Shown here: one piece after another, positions 39,552-54,325 of the stretch
Layout of the letters: each line of letters starts with the position of its first letter
Numbering within the stretch: position 1 is the stretch's first letter
NCBI GenBank assembly: GCA_010405405.1
Contig: MU004231.1
Location: 3,032,401-3,096,400 of the forward strand
Length of the DNA stretch: 64,000 nt
Origin: Microthyrium microscopicum
Taxonomy: Eukaryota
Direction: 5' to 3'
The notes under the pieces: generated by a model
Databases searched by the model: none
Seen by the model: only the letters and a program-made list of their open reading frames with translations
What the model was told of the DNA's origin: nothing
Translations under genes and position numbers: made by a program

Positions 39552-42500
39552 CCCATCGGTTAAGAACACGATCGCTAAAGGCGATTAGGGATACCTTAAC
39601 GCTACGGATAGCTTAACGCTGCATGCTATATAGCTAAAATACTTATCTTATTGCTATTTAGCCTAACTATTATATTTAGACTTAAAATTAATACTATAGC
39701 TAATTTAATATAAAATATAAATACTATATTAATTTTATTACTATAACTTATAAACTCGTTATTAGATACCTATCTAAAATTAGTTAGTTTAATACTTAAT
39801 TATACTAAAATATACTAAATTCTTATCTTTTTTTAGAGCTACTTAATAGTCTATAGTGCTATCTTTCTTAAAATTTTACTATACTTTATCTATACCTATA
39901 TTATACTATATCTTAATTTTTAAATAATATAATTATTATTTAAGTAAGTAGTTATAGTAAATAGATATTTTTAAGCTTTAACTCTCTTAATAGCCTCTTA
40001 AGCTAGATCTACTACTATATTATTATTTAGGATATATAAATTTTTTACTACTATAATAATAATTATTATATTTATTACTATGCTCTTAAAAATATAGTAA
40101 AAGAAGTAAGATTGCGCGTAGTACGTTTAGAAAGAGGCTTTTATTTAAGAGGCCTTTAAATTTCTTAAAAAATAGCCTAAAACTATATAGGATTAACTTA
40201 CTAAGAAGTATTTACTACTTTAGCCTAATTAACTTTGACGCTATTATATAGGTAAGTAGATTTTGCGCTTTAAGCGCGTTCTTACTAATTAAAAACTCTT
40301 AAATAACTAGGAGATAGCCCTTATAGAATATCTTAATTTAATAGTAAAGATTAGCGTATTACTTTATTTTAAACTTATTTAGAGTACTATTAACGAGATA
40401 TTATAACAAGATATTAAAGATTTAGATATAATTTCTCTTAAAGAATAACCTTATATTAGATCTAAATAAGCTACTCGCTAGCTTAAATAAAGTTAATTTA
40501 CTCTACGCTTTTAACCTACTATTAAAGCTATAAAAAAGTAGGCTATAGAAAGAGATACTATTAAGTACTTCTATAGAGAATACAAAGATATTATTACTAA
40601 TTATAGTATCTAAATTAAGGACTAGTAAAATATAGATAAAATAGGCGTTTAAATTAGTATTAAAAGAGGCTAAATAGTAATTATGCCTAATAATTATAAG
40701 TTCTTTAGCTACTATTATAACTATATTAAATCTCTTAGTAATTAAGAATTACTTATATCTATTAAAGCCTATTCTACTACTAGAAGAACTATTAATTCCT
40801 TACTTATTACTAAAGAAAAGATTATATAGTAATCTTAGTTTAATAGTATTAAATTAGGAAATTTTATAATTAGTAAGTTAATAGGCCTAAAACTACTAAA
40901 TCTAAAGTACTAATTTTGCTATAGTAGTATCTAATACTAGCTATTTAAATAACTATTTAGGATTTATCTAGATATAGTATTTTTAACGTCTTTTAAAGCA
41001 ACATTAGCTAAAGAATTACTTACGCTAGAAGGCTTACTAGTAACTCTTAATAATTAATAGATATATAAGCTATCTTACTATATAGTTTATATTATATTAT
41101 AAGCTTTATAAGATAAAGATATTACTTCTTCTACTATATTTAACGTACTTTTTATAACTATTAGATATTAGTATCTTTTAATCTTAAAAATACTAGTATA
41201 TAGAAGAAATTAACGTATACGCGCGTTAAGGAATTATTAATTTTAATAGGCTATATCTTTTTAAAACGATTAAGCATATTAGATTAAAAGCTTTTACTAA
41301 AAATAATATTAGGTCTATATAGAGGCGTATAGGAATTGTCCCTTTTAATCTATAATTAGTACTAAGTTAAATTCCTATTATAGATCCTTTAAAAGGACTT
41401 AATTTATATAAAGATTAGGATTCTACTACTAAGCGATTTAAGAAGCGCTCCTAAATACCTAAAGATAAGGAATTACCTATAGTATAGACTACTCTAAAGC
41501 ATTTAAAGTGATTTAAATAGTAAACTAAATAAATTAAGTATTATCTTTAATTATTAGTATCTTTAGCGCTTCCTATAGTTTATAAGTAACGATAAGCTAA
41601 TCTTAAGGTCTTCCTAAATTATATTACTACGCGTAATAATCTTACTATAATGCTAATTAATTACTACTTTAATTCTTATCTAGTAAGACTTTATAATAAG
41701 TTATTAAAGAGTAAATCTTATAAATAGGTCTAAAAGAAAGGATTTATTTATACTAGCAATATTAGAGGTTATAATATTATTAGTTTAGTAGATATTCTAT
41801 AGTACTAGCGCTAAATTAGGCCTTACTTTAATAATAAATAGCTTCTCTATTAACTTTATCTTTATAACTTTACCTTTCCTTAGTTCTTTCTATATCCTAC
41901 GATCTAAATAATTATTAAAATTATAAATACTAAGGCTACTATACGTCTATAGAAGTTTACTAAACGTAAAAACGCTATTCTTTAAAAGGCTTCTTAATAA
42001 ACTATTGCTAATAACGAGATTTAGATTATTAAAGCTATAGTAGCGAAGTAATCTTAGCCTATAGTAGTAAAGGGCTCTTAACCTAAAAAGAGGTATATAA
42101 GAGTAAAGAAGAAAGTAATTCTAAATATTCTAGGGTAGGCTAAATATAATATTTATATTATATAGAGATAGAATAAAGAACTACTTTATTTTAAAGGGTT
42201 TTAAAGAAGACTATAGTAAGATTACTAAGAGAACTATACTAATACTACTAAATTTCTTTACCCTAAGTATAATTATAAGTAAGATATAGCTCTATAGTAC
42301 TTAGAAATATGCTTACTATAGTCTAAATTTATACTTATTAACTTATAAATCTTTACTACTAATCCTTTACTAGTATACGTATTATATACTAATAGTAATA
42401 GTAAAGATACTATTAATAAGCTTGCTAATAGTAAAGATATATTAAAAGATAAAGAATTATTAATAATAAAAGAGTAGATCGCTAAAGTAGTTGCGTAGAC

Positions 42501-42869
42501 TACTAAGATCTATAAAGCTAAAGCTTGTGCGCTTTAAACGTAAGAATTTTAGTAAAATTTAAAGTCTATTTAGTATAGATATTCCTATTTTAGTATTAAA
42601 ATGTAGAGATTTAACTATTTTATAGTATTTAACTTATAATTATAACTATAAAAGATTATTTTTTAAAATATAATATTAATTACTAAAAATTATATTATAG
42701 GTATATTAATACTATAGGAATAACCTATAGAAGTTGCATTAAATAATAATACGTGGTTGTTAAGATATTAATTAATTACTAATCAAATAGTAATAGATTT
42801 AGCGTTAAGCTATCCGCAGCGTTAAGGTGTCCCCGATCGCCTTTGGCGATCGTGTTCTTAACCGATGGG
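39552..42869 (+). mobile_element. RIP-inactivated Tc1/mariner-superfamily pogo/Fot1-type DNA transposon, 3318 bp
   Basis: 69-bp TIRs at 39552-39620 and 42801-42869 match at 64/69 positions. TA duplication at 39550-39551 and 42870-42871. Internal degenerate transposase. Confidence 0.92.
40080..42560 (+). pseudogene. RIP-degenerated pogo/Fot1 transposase (CENP-B HTH + DDE_1); end approximate
   Basis: ATG at 40080. N*KLLNN*EIALIEYL...IRSK*ATR*LK is HTH_Tnp_Tc5-like. YSI*IKD**NIDKIGV (~40602-40650) reverts to YGI..EDWWNMDETGV. NKELLISIKA resembles NRE..T.IEA. Many TAA/TAG stops from CAA/CAG/TGG. Confidence 0.82.
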
Positions 42870-43161
42870 TACTTGTTACTACCGGCCACATTCACTTATT
42901 GTAAAGCAATACTGGGTAGCATATGCTGGATTGTATTAGCCGAATTGATCCCAAAAGCCTGGACCAGGCATTACAATCCTTCTTCTTATTCTACATGTGT
43001 ACATGTTTCCTCTCTGCAATTGACAGCATTGAGAAAGTAACCACCCCAATAACCTGTATTCAGCCACAGCCTTCAAACCTCTTATGCAATTCCGTATTCC
43101 TTCCAACCTTTGTGCCACATTTTCTCGTCATCCGTTGCTTATTGTACACCTGCCCTATCGT

Positions 43162-43762
43162 CTAGGCTGGGTATACAAGGCGGAACACATCGTTGAAGAT
43201 GAAATAGCTTCCGGCGCCGTCGGGTTGAAGTTGGAACGTTTGGGAGTACATCATCGCTCGCTGCTCCTCATCGATCTATCAACCAGGTTAGTCTCAGCTT
43301 TTTCATACAAGGAGAGGTGAAAGCATACCAAAAGGGCTCCAGTAACCATGACGAGAATTCCACCTGTCTCGTTTGATGGCTGAGCATCTAGGCTGTCGAC
43401 GCGATGCTGGATTTTGGCAAAGGGTAGACTCTAAAGCTGGATTTTAGTTTGACACCACTAGTTTTTATGATGAGACAAACCGCTAGTTTCTCGATGATTG
43501 CACCAGTTCCTTGCGTAGGCTGGGCCTCGAATGTGAGCATGGAATGGTCTTTGTAGAGGGCGGACAAATCGGCGCGGTTCTTGTCAAAGGTGTCATAGTA
43601 GAATGTGACGAATTGTTCTGGTGTAGTGAGTTAGGACGTGAGTATGCGAGATTGTTGATCGTTAACGTACTTGCGACGGCCTCGAAGTCTAGGACAGCAG
43701 GTTAGCATGGTCATGGCCTTGGGTTCAGCATCGCGGCTGCTATATGGGCACCTACCAGTCAT
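43162..43762 (-). CDS. NTF2: Nuclear transport factor 2
   Basis: Exons 43756-43762, 43671-43688, 43481-43617, 43329-43430 and 43162-43275 give [39 protein letters not shown]...LPFAKIQHRVDSLDAQPS..GGILVMVTGALLIDEEQRAMMYSQTFQL..YFIFNDVFRLVYPA*. Not in the ORF track. Confidence 0.95.
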
Positions 43763-45296
43763 GTCTGCGGTGGTGCTGCGATTCGAACTTTGATTGATGT
43801 ATGATATACACAGAGAGGGATGTCTAGAGATCAAGTGGCCAATATGAGATGTGAGAATGATTGGAGAAGTTCTGTAGAAGCTCTGGAGGAAGAAGGAGAC
43901 GAAGTGATGGTCTTGTGGTGGGGTCAAATGTCGGTTACTGTGTTTGGGCATCATCCCGCCCGCAGCCAACATAGCAACCATTTCGGCCAATCAAACGCTA
44001 GGCTCAATTTCGTCCCTGCAAAATGTTCCATCTCCACCACATTTTCTTTCTGCTCCAACAACTCTCTACAACTCCTCAACACCACAGTGTCGCCACAAAG
44101 CCAATTCATCGCCCTTTGATGATCTAATGATCTTAACAAGCAGCTTGTCTTCTTTGGGCACCTGTAGATTTTGAGGTAAGCACACTCTCAAGTGCTTTTA
44201 CACATTTCTTATACATGATGAAACTTTTTATTCTTCTATTTTCCTAAACCATTTTGAGGAACCAAAATATACAAGCTCAACAGTCTGATATCTTGTCCTT
44301 GACGACGCCTATATATGAACACTTGGCGGATCACTGCTGACTTGAGCTCACAGCCTCACTTTATCCACATTCTGCAGTTGATCCAAGTTTCGCATAGCTT
44401 CACGATACAGGCTCATTTAGACGAGGTATGGCTCGGGGGTAAGAAGAAAGGAAGGGAAAAAGTAAGTTGTGAATCGGCTAGAATCGTTGGACAGGAACAG
44501 AGGACGAATTGGTAGGGTCAGTGCATGTATCCGACGGGATACCAATGATAGCCTATAGAATTGTAGGAGGTGTCTCAATGTTCGCGAGGTCCGAGGATAG
44601 GTGGCAGATGTATTTTTTATAGGGAGACAGGGCAATAAAGCACTTGAGTTTATTGAGTAGTAAGGATTATAAGGGGAGCAGTGCAAGGTAGGAGCAATTG
44701 AACCAGGTAGCACTGTCCGTATTCAGGGACAGCAGGTGCGTTGGGACTTGGGACTCAGGGGCTTGCTTGCTCTTGCCTGCAGAATGCATTGCACCTCCTC
44801 TCTTGCGTCCATCGTTCCTTCCCCTCAACATCTGCATCATACATCTACCGGTACGCATCCATCAACCATTGCATCTCAACTCATTGCGACTGACGATAGC
44901 CAAAGAAGAGGTCAAGGAAAACACAGAAGGCTGAAGACGCGCTGTCACGGTGTCACCAAACAATTCAACGGAGAAAGCGCAACGCACGGATTAGCAACCG
45001 GCTCCGACGTCTGCCAAACTACGCTTTGTCCCAATTTTGCTGAGGAAAGAGCCAATTGAGTCTCTCCTGTCAAGCCTTCCGCCACTTCCTCTTCTGCTCC
45101 AACCGTCTGAACTCCACTTCACAACCTCACTCTCTGATCATCAAGCTTTCTCCACCACAACCTCTCCATTTCTTCACCCATCACGTACCAGCCACCTACA
45201 CATACCCCCCCGGCTGCCCTCCATCCACAACATCCCTTGTCCCACATACACCACACTTCAATCCTCACTCACTCTATCATCAACAACACCGCGATC

Positions 45297-45926
45297 ATGG
45301 CTGTCGATTTCAAACCCCTAACGCTAAACTTGAGCACAACAAAAGAGTCGCTAGCTTCAGGAACCATCATCCCCACCCCGCCCATGACACCCATTGACGA
45401 CTCACCCAAGGAAGGAGCTCTCGCAACATTACAAGAAGAAAATGAGAACGCGACCGGTCTCGCTAATGGCAATGTCACACCCGACTCGAAACTGCAAGCA
45501 CCACTCTCACCACTAAGCGCCACCTCGAATGGCTCCGGCGAGCGCAAAAGAACCGGCGTTCGAAAGTTCCTCAGTCTTCGATCTCTTAGAGGCGAGCATC
45601 ACCGGCCCGGCACACGTGGTGGCGACCTTGCGTCACCTACCTCCAAGCCTTCGTACGACTTTGCGTCGCGGCCCGGATCTCAATACACTGCAAGCACGTC
45701 AGACTCGGCGCTAAAGCACAAGAAGAGCTCGGGTTGGTTTGGCAGCACTGGAAGTAAGAGAAAGAGCATGTTTGTTGTTGGCAGACTAGATGAGCAGCTT
45801 GCGGACAATCCAACACCACCGGAGACAGCAAAACCCAAGGGACCACCACCACCAACTATCCCAGAGTTTTCTCTAGGCAAGGACTTGGAGATGGGAGGGG
45901 AAGACATGTTTAAGAATATCCATTAG
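45297..45926 (+). CDS. Hypothetical Ser/Pro-rich, probably disordered protein (209 aa)
   Basis: Open frame from ATG 45297 in good context after a CT-rich leader. C-terminal GPPPPTIPE...MGGEDMFKNI looks like a conserved fungal motif. No function recognised. Confidence 0.72.
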   Translation: MAVDFKPLTLNLSTTKESLASGTIIPTPPMTPIDDSPKEGALATLQEENENATGLANGNVTPDSKLQAPLSPLSATSNGSGERKRTGVRKFLSLRSLRGEHHRPGTRGGDLASPTSKPSYDFASRPGSQYTASTSDSALKHKKSSGWFGSTGSKRKSMFVVGRLDEQLADNPTPPETAKPKGPPPPTIPEFSLGKDLEMGGEDMFKNIH

Positions 45927-46860
45927 TCACGCGAGAGACCGAGTACCAGTTTTGCTTTCATGTTTATAATGGGGAAAGAGATTGTGCAAAATTATCCGAA
46001 GCCACCGAATCCTTCGACGAATTCTACGAGTTGAATATCTACGGACTGAACATGCAGCAAATCATTCGAGGTTCAATTACGGTCCACATAGAGGATACCA
46101 CATCAGTCGCCTACATTAACAACATACTCCTCCCAGCGTTAATTTGCCCATTGCGTTCCATCAGCCGCCGTTCTCACAAGCATCTTGCCGAGCTGGCTCA
46201 TACAAGCAAGAGCTTTCCGGACTTTCCAGGCATACATACTTCGATACAGCATGGCGGCTCCCTTCTCTTCTCAGTATTCATCAGTCCACAACATTTTTCG
46301 ACAACATCCGACCAATCCAACTTGCGCACACTCCTTTTCCAATCAGATAAGATACCCAGCCATTTGCGATCCTTTTTTTGCTCTTTTCACATCCTTCAAC
46401 CTCTCTCCAACCGAATCACTACCAAACTCCTGTACTCATCACCTCTCAAAATCATCATCTGGGCGTGCCAAGGCACATATTCTCTCAAGCCTCCAAAAAG
46501 GAGACTACATTTAGTCCCGCTAGCATAGCCAGCAATTTGATTTGAGCATAGCTACGCACACACTCCCTCTCGGCTCAAAAGCTATATATTTCATTGTAGT
46601 CAGCATCAAGTCCGCATCCAATTACATATCCATTTCTCTGACTGCTCAAATTGCATAGCTCTGCTTTCAAGTGTTTATCTCTATTTTCCTGTGCTTTCAT
46701 GAAATACCAATGGCAGTATATGTGAAATATTGACTCTTTGTACTTTGCTAGATACAACTAACTACCAGTCTTCCTCGACAACACAAAACCTCTCTCCAAC
46801 CAGTTTTATACGGCGCCATGTTATCATCCAGCGCATATGTACTACTCCTTACCCAATACT

Positions 46861-48629
<1,769 letters not shown>

Positions 48630-49482
48630 CTTTGAGGAGTTTTGGGATTTTTGATATTACAAGGAGTCGGATCTGTGTGAAAAGTTAGTTAGTATAGCTT
48701 CCAGATAAGTGAAGGCGGACTATATAGATCCGGATAACGACGGGCTAAAGCAGATACAACGTGTTTTGCAAAATGGGCACGAAAAAGCTCACCTTTAGTT
48801 TCGAGAAAGTCAATTGATGTCAAGCAAGTCTGGTGACTAGAAAAAAGAGGCAGTTTTTGTTGTGTACTGACAAAAAAGACGCAGTGACGGAGATGTTGTT
48901 GGGGAAAAGACCTTCTCCTGCTTAGGGAAAGTGGGGGGTTTATGGTGACGATATTGCAATTGGGAGCTCGAGCACTACAGTACTTGGTGGGGCATTGGAG
49001 GAACGAGGCGGCCGAGAGCTCATTGCTGGCAAGCTCCACCACATGTGTCATGACAATTGGATGACAGAAATGTTGTAATTCTATGTCAGCAATATCAATT
49101 GTGATTGACGACTGCTGGAGTGCATGCCCAAGAAGCGGTACTGTCGTGTATAATGAGGTCCTTCTGTCACCAGATATAGAGAGTATCATGTCAGTCTCAT
49201 TTTGAAATTCATGTCTATTGAGGTAATTCCGCACAAAAAACCGCTGTCACATCTACCAGCAGTTTTGAATTCAGATAGTTTTCAACTCCGGCTGATGAGT
49301 TGTGAATGTTGTCCAACAGTCACCTTCAAACAATCTGACTGATCTTGGACGAGAAGAGATGTCTTTCTAACCCACCAGGGAGAAGAAGTGGAGAATGAGT
49401 TGAAAACCAAAGCCCATGCACCAACTCCTTCCATCCAAACCGCTTCTTGACACATTCAACTATACAGTCGTATCCCGCGAAA

Positions 49483-51662
49483 CTATCTTCCATTGATGCC
49501 CTCGAACGATGGGTCCTTGACACTGCCACCCGCGTCGCCCAGTCCAGCGACAGGTCGGTTGTATGACCAGCCGGTGAATTGCTGTTGCATTGTTTCTGAC
49601 AACGGCTGTCCTTCAACGTAAGAATCTGTTGCTGCTTCAGAGGTAAACTCGCGATCAAAGTTGGCTGTATCGCGTTGATCTTGCTATAAAGATGTTAGTT
49701 ATCCCTTTGAAAACCGATGGCGCCTGATAGATACTTACCACATTGGGCTTGAAGCTTGGCTCATACTTGCGATCTAATAACTTCCGCCAATCGATGCTAT
49801 GGAAGAAGTAATGGGCCTTGATCTCAGCTGCGCCCTTAGCACCCAAACGAGTCTCAGGATTGCGATCAAGGAGCTTCGTGAGAAGATCCCGAGCTGCTGG
49901 AGGAACAATCTCTGGTCCAGGGAAATGAAGAGGTTCGCTTAGGATCTTGCGATACATTTCATTGGTGTTTTCGTCGTAGAAAGGAGGCAAACCTGTCAGC
50001 ATCTCGTAGAGTAAAACTCCTAGTGTCCACCAATCGACCGATTTGGTGTAACCTGTGCCACTGAGAAGTTCTGGAGCTAGATACTCTGGAGTACCGCAGA
50101 AAGCTGTTCGTCATTAGTACAACAATCACTAAACATCATCGTGTATGACATACTGTTTGTGCGATCTTCATCCCGCATATCTAATTTACACAGGCCGAAA
50201 TCGCAAAGCGCAATATGACCAGTGTAATCAAGAAGAATGTTCTCAGGCTTCAAGTCACGATAAATGACATTGAAACCGTGCAAGCACTCCAGTGCGCAGA
50301 GTAGTTCCGCTGTATAGAAACGTGCTCGATTGACATCGAACCGTTGCTCTTTTTGTAAATGATGGAATAGTTCTCCTCCGTTAACGAATGCCAGGACCAA
50401 GTAGAGCTTTTCGGGTGATTGAAATGAGAATTTGAGTGGGACGATGAAAGGATTGTTGATTTGAGCTAGAACTGATCGTTCGGCAAGTGTGTGAGCAACT
50501 TCGGATCGCGAAATAATATGTGCTTTTCGAATTGTCTTCAACGCGTATATTCGGTGAGTGTTTTTTTTTCTGCGAAATTTAGCTTCATTTCGTGGTGGAA
50601 TGAGTTTGACTTACAGGACCTGCATCACCTTGCCAAAACTACCCTTTCCAACTACTTTGAGAAGTTCAAAGTCGTCAATCTTGAGAGACCGTTGACGATT
50701 CTCAACAAACTGTACACCAACTTTCATTGCACCAGCTCCATGTTGAAGCTCTAGCCATTCTGCTCCGACTTGACCAAGTGCACGTTCCTCTTGTCTCGCA
50801 GTCGCAGCCTTTTCGCGATCCTTTTTGCTCAGCTTTGGGTCTTCCACGTATGGTTGAACCTCTTCAAATCGGGGACTGATTCTGAAAGTTCCGAGGAAGA
50901 TATCGTCGCTTCGTCCGGTATTTGGTGGTGAGTTTGGATTTCTCACGTATAGCGAAATAGTGACATCTGTTATGCGGGACACATCGAATTTGTATTGGGT
51001 ATTGTCTCCAGCCCAAACGGGATTTTCGGGTGTACCAGACACGGAGTTGATGAACACTTGCTGCTTATCGAAATCAATGAGAGCATAAGGAAGGTATTTG
51101 GACGAGTAACGCCCATGTACAGTAGGAACTGCATTGATAGCCCCAGCTGCAGATGATGGCCTGCCAACATAAGATCCAACGGGCTGGTTTCGTGCTTGTG
51201 AACCTGGTCGAATAGAGCCTGCTACCGAGAAGCCTCCACCAGACGATAATGAGCCAGCATGATTTTGCGGTCTGAATTTCTCCTCGGTTCCAGGCGGAAG
51301 GGCAAATCCATGGCCTTCATGGAGAGTTACAATCAAGATACCGGGCTTGAGAGGGGGTGGGGGTGGGGCAGCATTGGCTTCAGAGTAGGCTAAGCAGGGT
51401 CAGTGGGGAAGTTGTCAGAGGCTTGAAGATACATGTATATACCAATGTGTGTAGGATCCTTGGAATCAATTGTTGTGCCGCTTGGAGTAGCGCTTGGAGG
51501 TCTAGGAGCTTCGGCAGGTACGACTGTGGCAGTAGAGCTGGATCTACTGAATGTGTTGGCCAAAGGGGCTAAATGGGTTTCCTTGAGCTCTAAAGCAGGT
51601 CAGTCTAGTACTAGAAATCAATTTTGGAGGTTGGGCATACTTTTGGTGAGCTTCCACGACAT
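49483..51662 (-). CDS. YPK1: AGC kinase Ypk1/Gad8
   Basis: MSWKLTKKLKETHL start, C2-like region, GKGSFGKV, YRDLKPEN, DFGLCK, TFCGTPEYLAPE and hydrophobic motif QQQFTGWSY. Four introns. Confidence 0.96.
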
Positions 51663-52661
51663 GACTGCGGAAGGATAAGAGGTGAAGCTGCTGACAAAGA
51701 GGGGAATTGGGCTATCTGGCGGTGAGATTGATGCTGCGTATGGCGGCGCAGAGTCAAGACTGGTGGAGTAGTGGATTGAAGGAGAGGGAGAGTTAGCAAG
51801 AGGTCAAGGAGGGATTGGAGGAGAAAGGGGGGTAATAAGTGTTTTAGGTACTGTCGTTGGGCTGGCCAGACGAAATTTGATTTTGATGATGGCAGGGGAT
51901 TTGGTGGAAATCAAATAGGAAGCAAGCACAGAAAGGATTCAGGAGGACCACAGGAGTAGGACTGTGGACTGGACTGGAGAGAGTGTCTCGGCTGTAGTAA
52001 GAAGAAGCAACGACCTTGCCTTCTGCTTAACTCCAGACTCCCCGGCCATAAATCAGTGCTACGAATATGCTGCGCCACCTGGTTCCAGCTGAACTACCTA
52101 CTCTGTAAGAAATTGCTATACCGTTGACCTTAGGGGGCAAGTCACTACAACTACTCCGTACTGCCGCCAAATATTGACAGACGTCGCTAATTTTGGCAGC
52201 AAAAGGCCAGGTTTACGAGTTACGACAGCACAGCTCTTTCTGTTTTGCCTCAAGCCGCCTTAGGGTCAAAGTCGCTCTTTCCCGACGCCAGATGGTCCCT
52301 CACCCGATGCTACCAGCTACCCCCGCATTTCAATAGAAGTCGCATCACGTGCCGTCGTCTCCACTCTTGATTCCTTCTGCCGTCGCAACCTCACCTTAGT
52401 CGCGAAGGGCAGGTACAGAAATCAACCACGGTTGTGCCATCCTATTTCCATCTATTTTCCATCAACTTCCCACTTTTCCCTCACATTACTCACTCACAAT
52501 CACCTCCCGGGACTTCATAATCTCAACTTCGCCCATCTCGCTCACCAATTTCACCTCTACCGCCGCATCCAACCGCGTCTACATCATCCCTGTGGCCCGT
52601 GCCCTGACATTTTCCATCTATATGTAAACTTTCCGCGTCGAACCCCACCAAGTCGCCCGCC

Positions 52662-54325
52662 ATGGGCTTGATCAAGAAAAAGACGGCCATACGCGGGTCC
52701 GAAGGAGGTGTCAAATATGTTTGCGACGTTTGCTCCGCAGATATCACCGCCACTGTACGTTTCTCTCATCCTTCAAACCCTAGCCCTTGAAATTATATCG
52801 ACTTTTGACTGACTCGATTTCTCAGGTGAGAATACAATGCGTGCCCTGCACTGATTACGACCTATGCGTGCCTTGCTATACTCAGGCCAAAGCCACTCGC
52901 GACCACGATCCTGCCACACATGCTTTCCGCGTTATAGAACAACACTCAATACCCATATATACCGATGATTGGGGCGCTGATGAGGAGATCCTCCTGCTGG
53001 AGGGTGCTGAAACCTACGGATTGGGCTCATGGGCTGAAATTGCAGACCATATTGGTGGTTGTAGAACGAAAGATGAAGTTAGGGAACATTACATCGAAAC
53101 GTACATCAACAGCCAGAAATTCCCATTACCCGAGCATGCCAGTCCTGACGATCGGTCTCTCATTGATCGTATACCTCGGGAACAGTTTCAGTCACAGAAG
53201 AAGAAGAGAATAGAAGAACGAAAAGAAGCTGCCAAAAATGCACAACCCGCGCCGCCAAAGACGAAACCGACTGCTAGTGTACCGTCCTGTCACGAAGTCG
53301 CTGGGTATATGCCTGGTCGTCTGGAATTTGAAACGGAACACTTCAATGAAGCCGAAGACTTTGTGCAGCATATGATATTTGACCCTGGTGACAATCTCAA
53401 GGTTGGGCCAGATGCGGATCCTGAGGTGGACTTGAAGATGACCATAATGGGCATATACAACGGTCGTCTGTTGGCTCGTGTAGAACGGAAGAAGATTATA
53501 TTCGAACATCGCCTACTGGAATACAGGAAACTCACTGCTGTGGACAAGAACCGGACGAAGGAAGAACGAGAACTACTGAATCGCGCAAAACCATTTGCCA
53601 GAATGATGAATCACGATGACTTTATCACATTTTGTGAAGACCTCAAATATGAATGCAGCCTCCGACAAGCAATTTACCAACTTCAGGAATGGCGCATCCA
53701 TGGAATTATGGACCTTAAATCTGGCGAGAAATACGAAGCTGAAAAGCTTGCGCGGGCGAATCGTGGCTCCTCGTCACAATTCAATAGTTTGGAGCGCCTA
53801 ACGTCGAGAGCTCTAGGCAAAGCGGCAGCTAATGAAGGCCCTTCAGCTGCTTCTCGGTTTGTAAATACTGATTTGGCTCTGAATCCATACAATGCCACTA
53901 GTGGTCTCACAACTCCTCCGCCGTCGGATATAGAAGGTCCAACATCTAATGGAGCAACGAACGGAACAATCAATGGCAACGGCATCAGCACTCCCAATGG
54001 AACTACCAACGGCGCGACGAATGGAATAACTAAGGGCGAAAAGTTCCTGATCCTACCACTGAATGGCACAACCCCTCTCAATTTCGATAAGGAACAAGTC
54101 GAGGATCTACATCTACTCACCGAGGAGGAGCGCGAAGTATGCCGCAATCTCCGGATATATCCCAAACCATATACAGTGCTCAAGGAAACAGTCCTGAAGG
54201 AAGCGATCAAAACGGGAGGTGTCATGAAAAAGAAGACCATGAGAGATCTCTGTCGAATCGATTCGACCAAGGCATCTCGATTGTTTGATTTTTGGGTTCA
54301 TTGTGGCTGGATTGCCAAAGTTTAG
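52662..54325 (+). CDS. ADA2: SAGA transcriptional adapter Ada2
   Basis: ZZ finger ([25 protein letters not shown], split by an intron at ~52756-52825), SANT ([21 protein letters not shown]), GYMPGRLEF and a C-terminal SWIRM-like region. Confidence 0.96.

Noticed and set aside
27502..42869. AT block as centromere, LTR retroelement, Starship or organellar insertion
   Set aside because: No LTR pair, RT/integrase motifs, tyrosine-recombinase captain or organellar genes recognised. Two TIR elements with TSDs explain its full length.
50551..50560. T9 run in YPK1 as a possible frameshift
   Set aside because: After splicing it reads in frame as L-K-K-N-T-H-R-I-Y-A-L-K.
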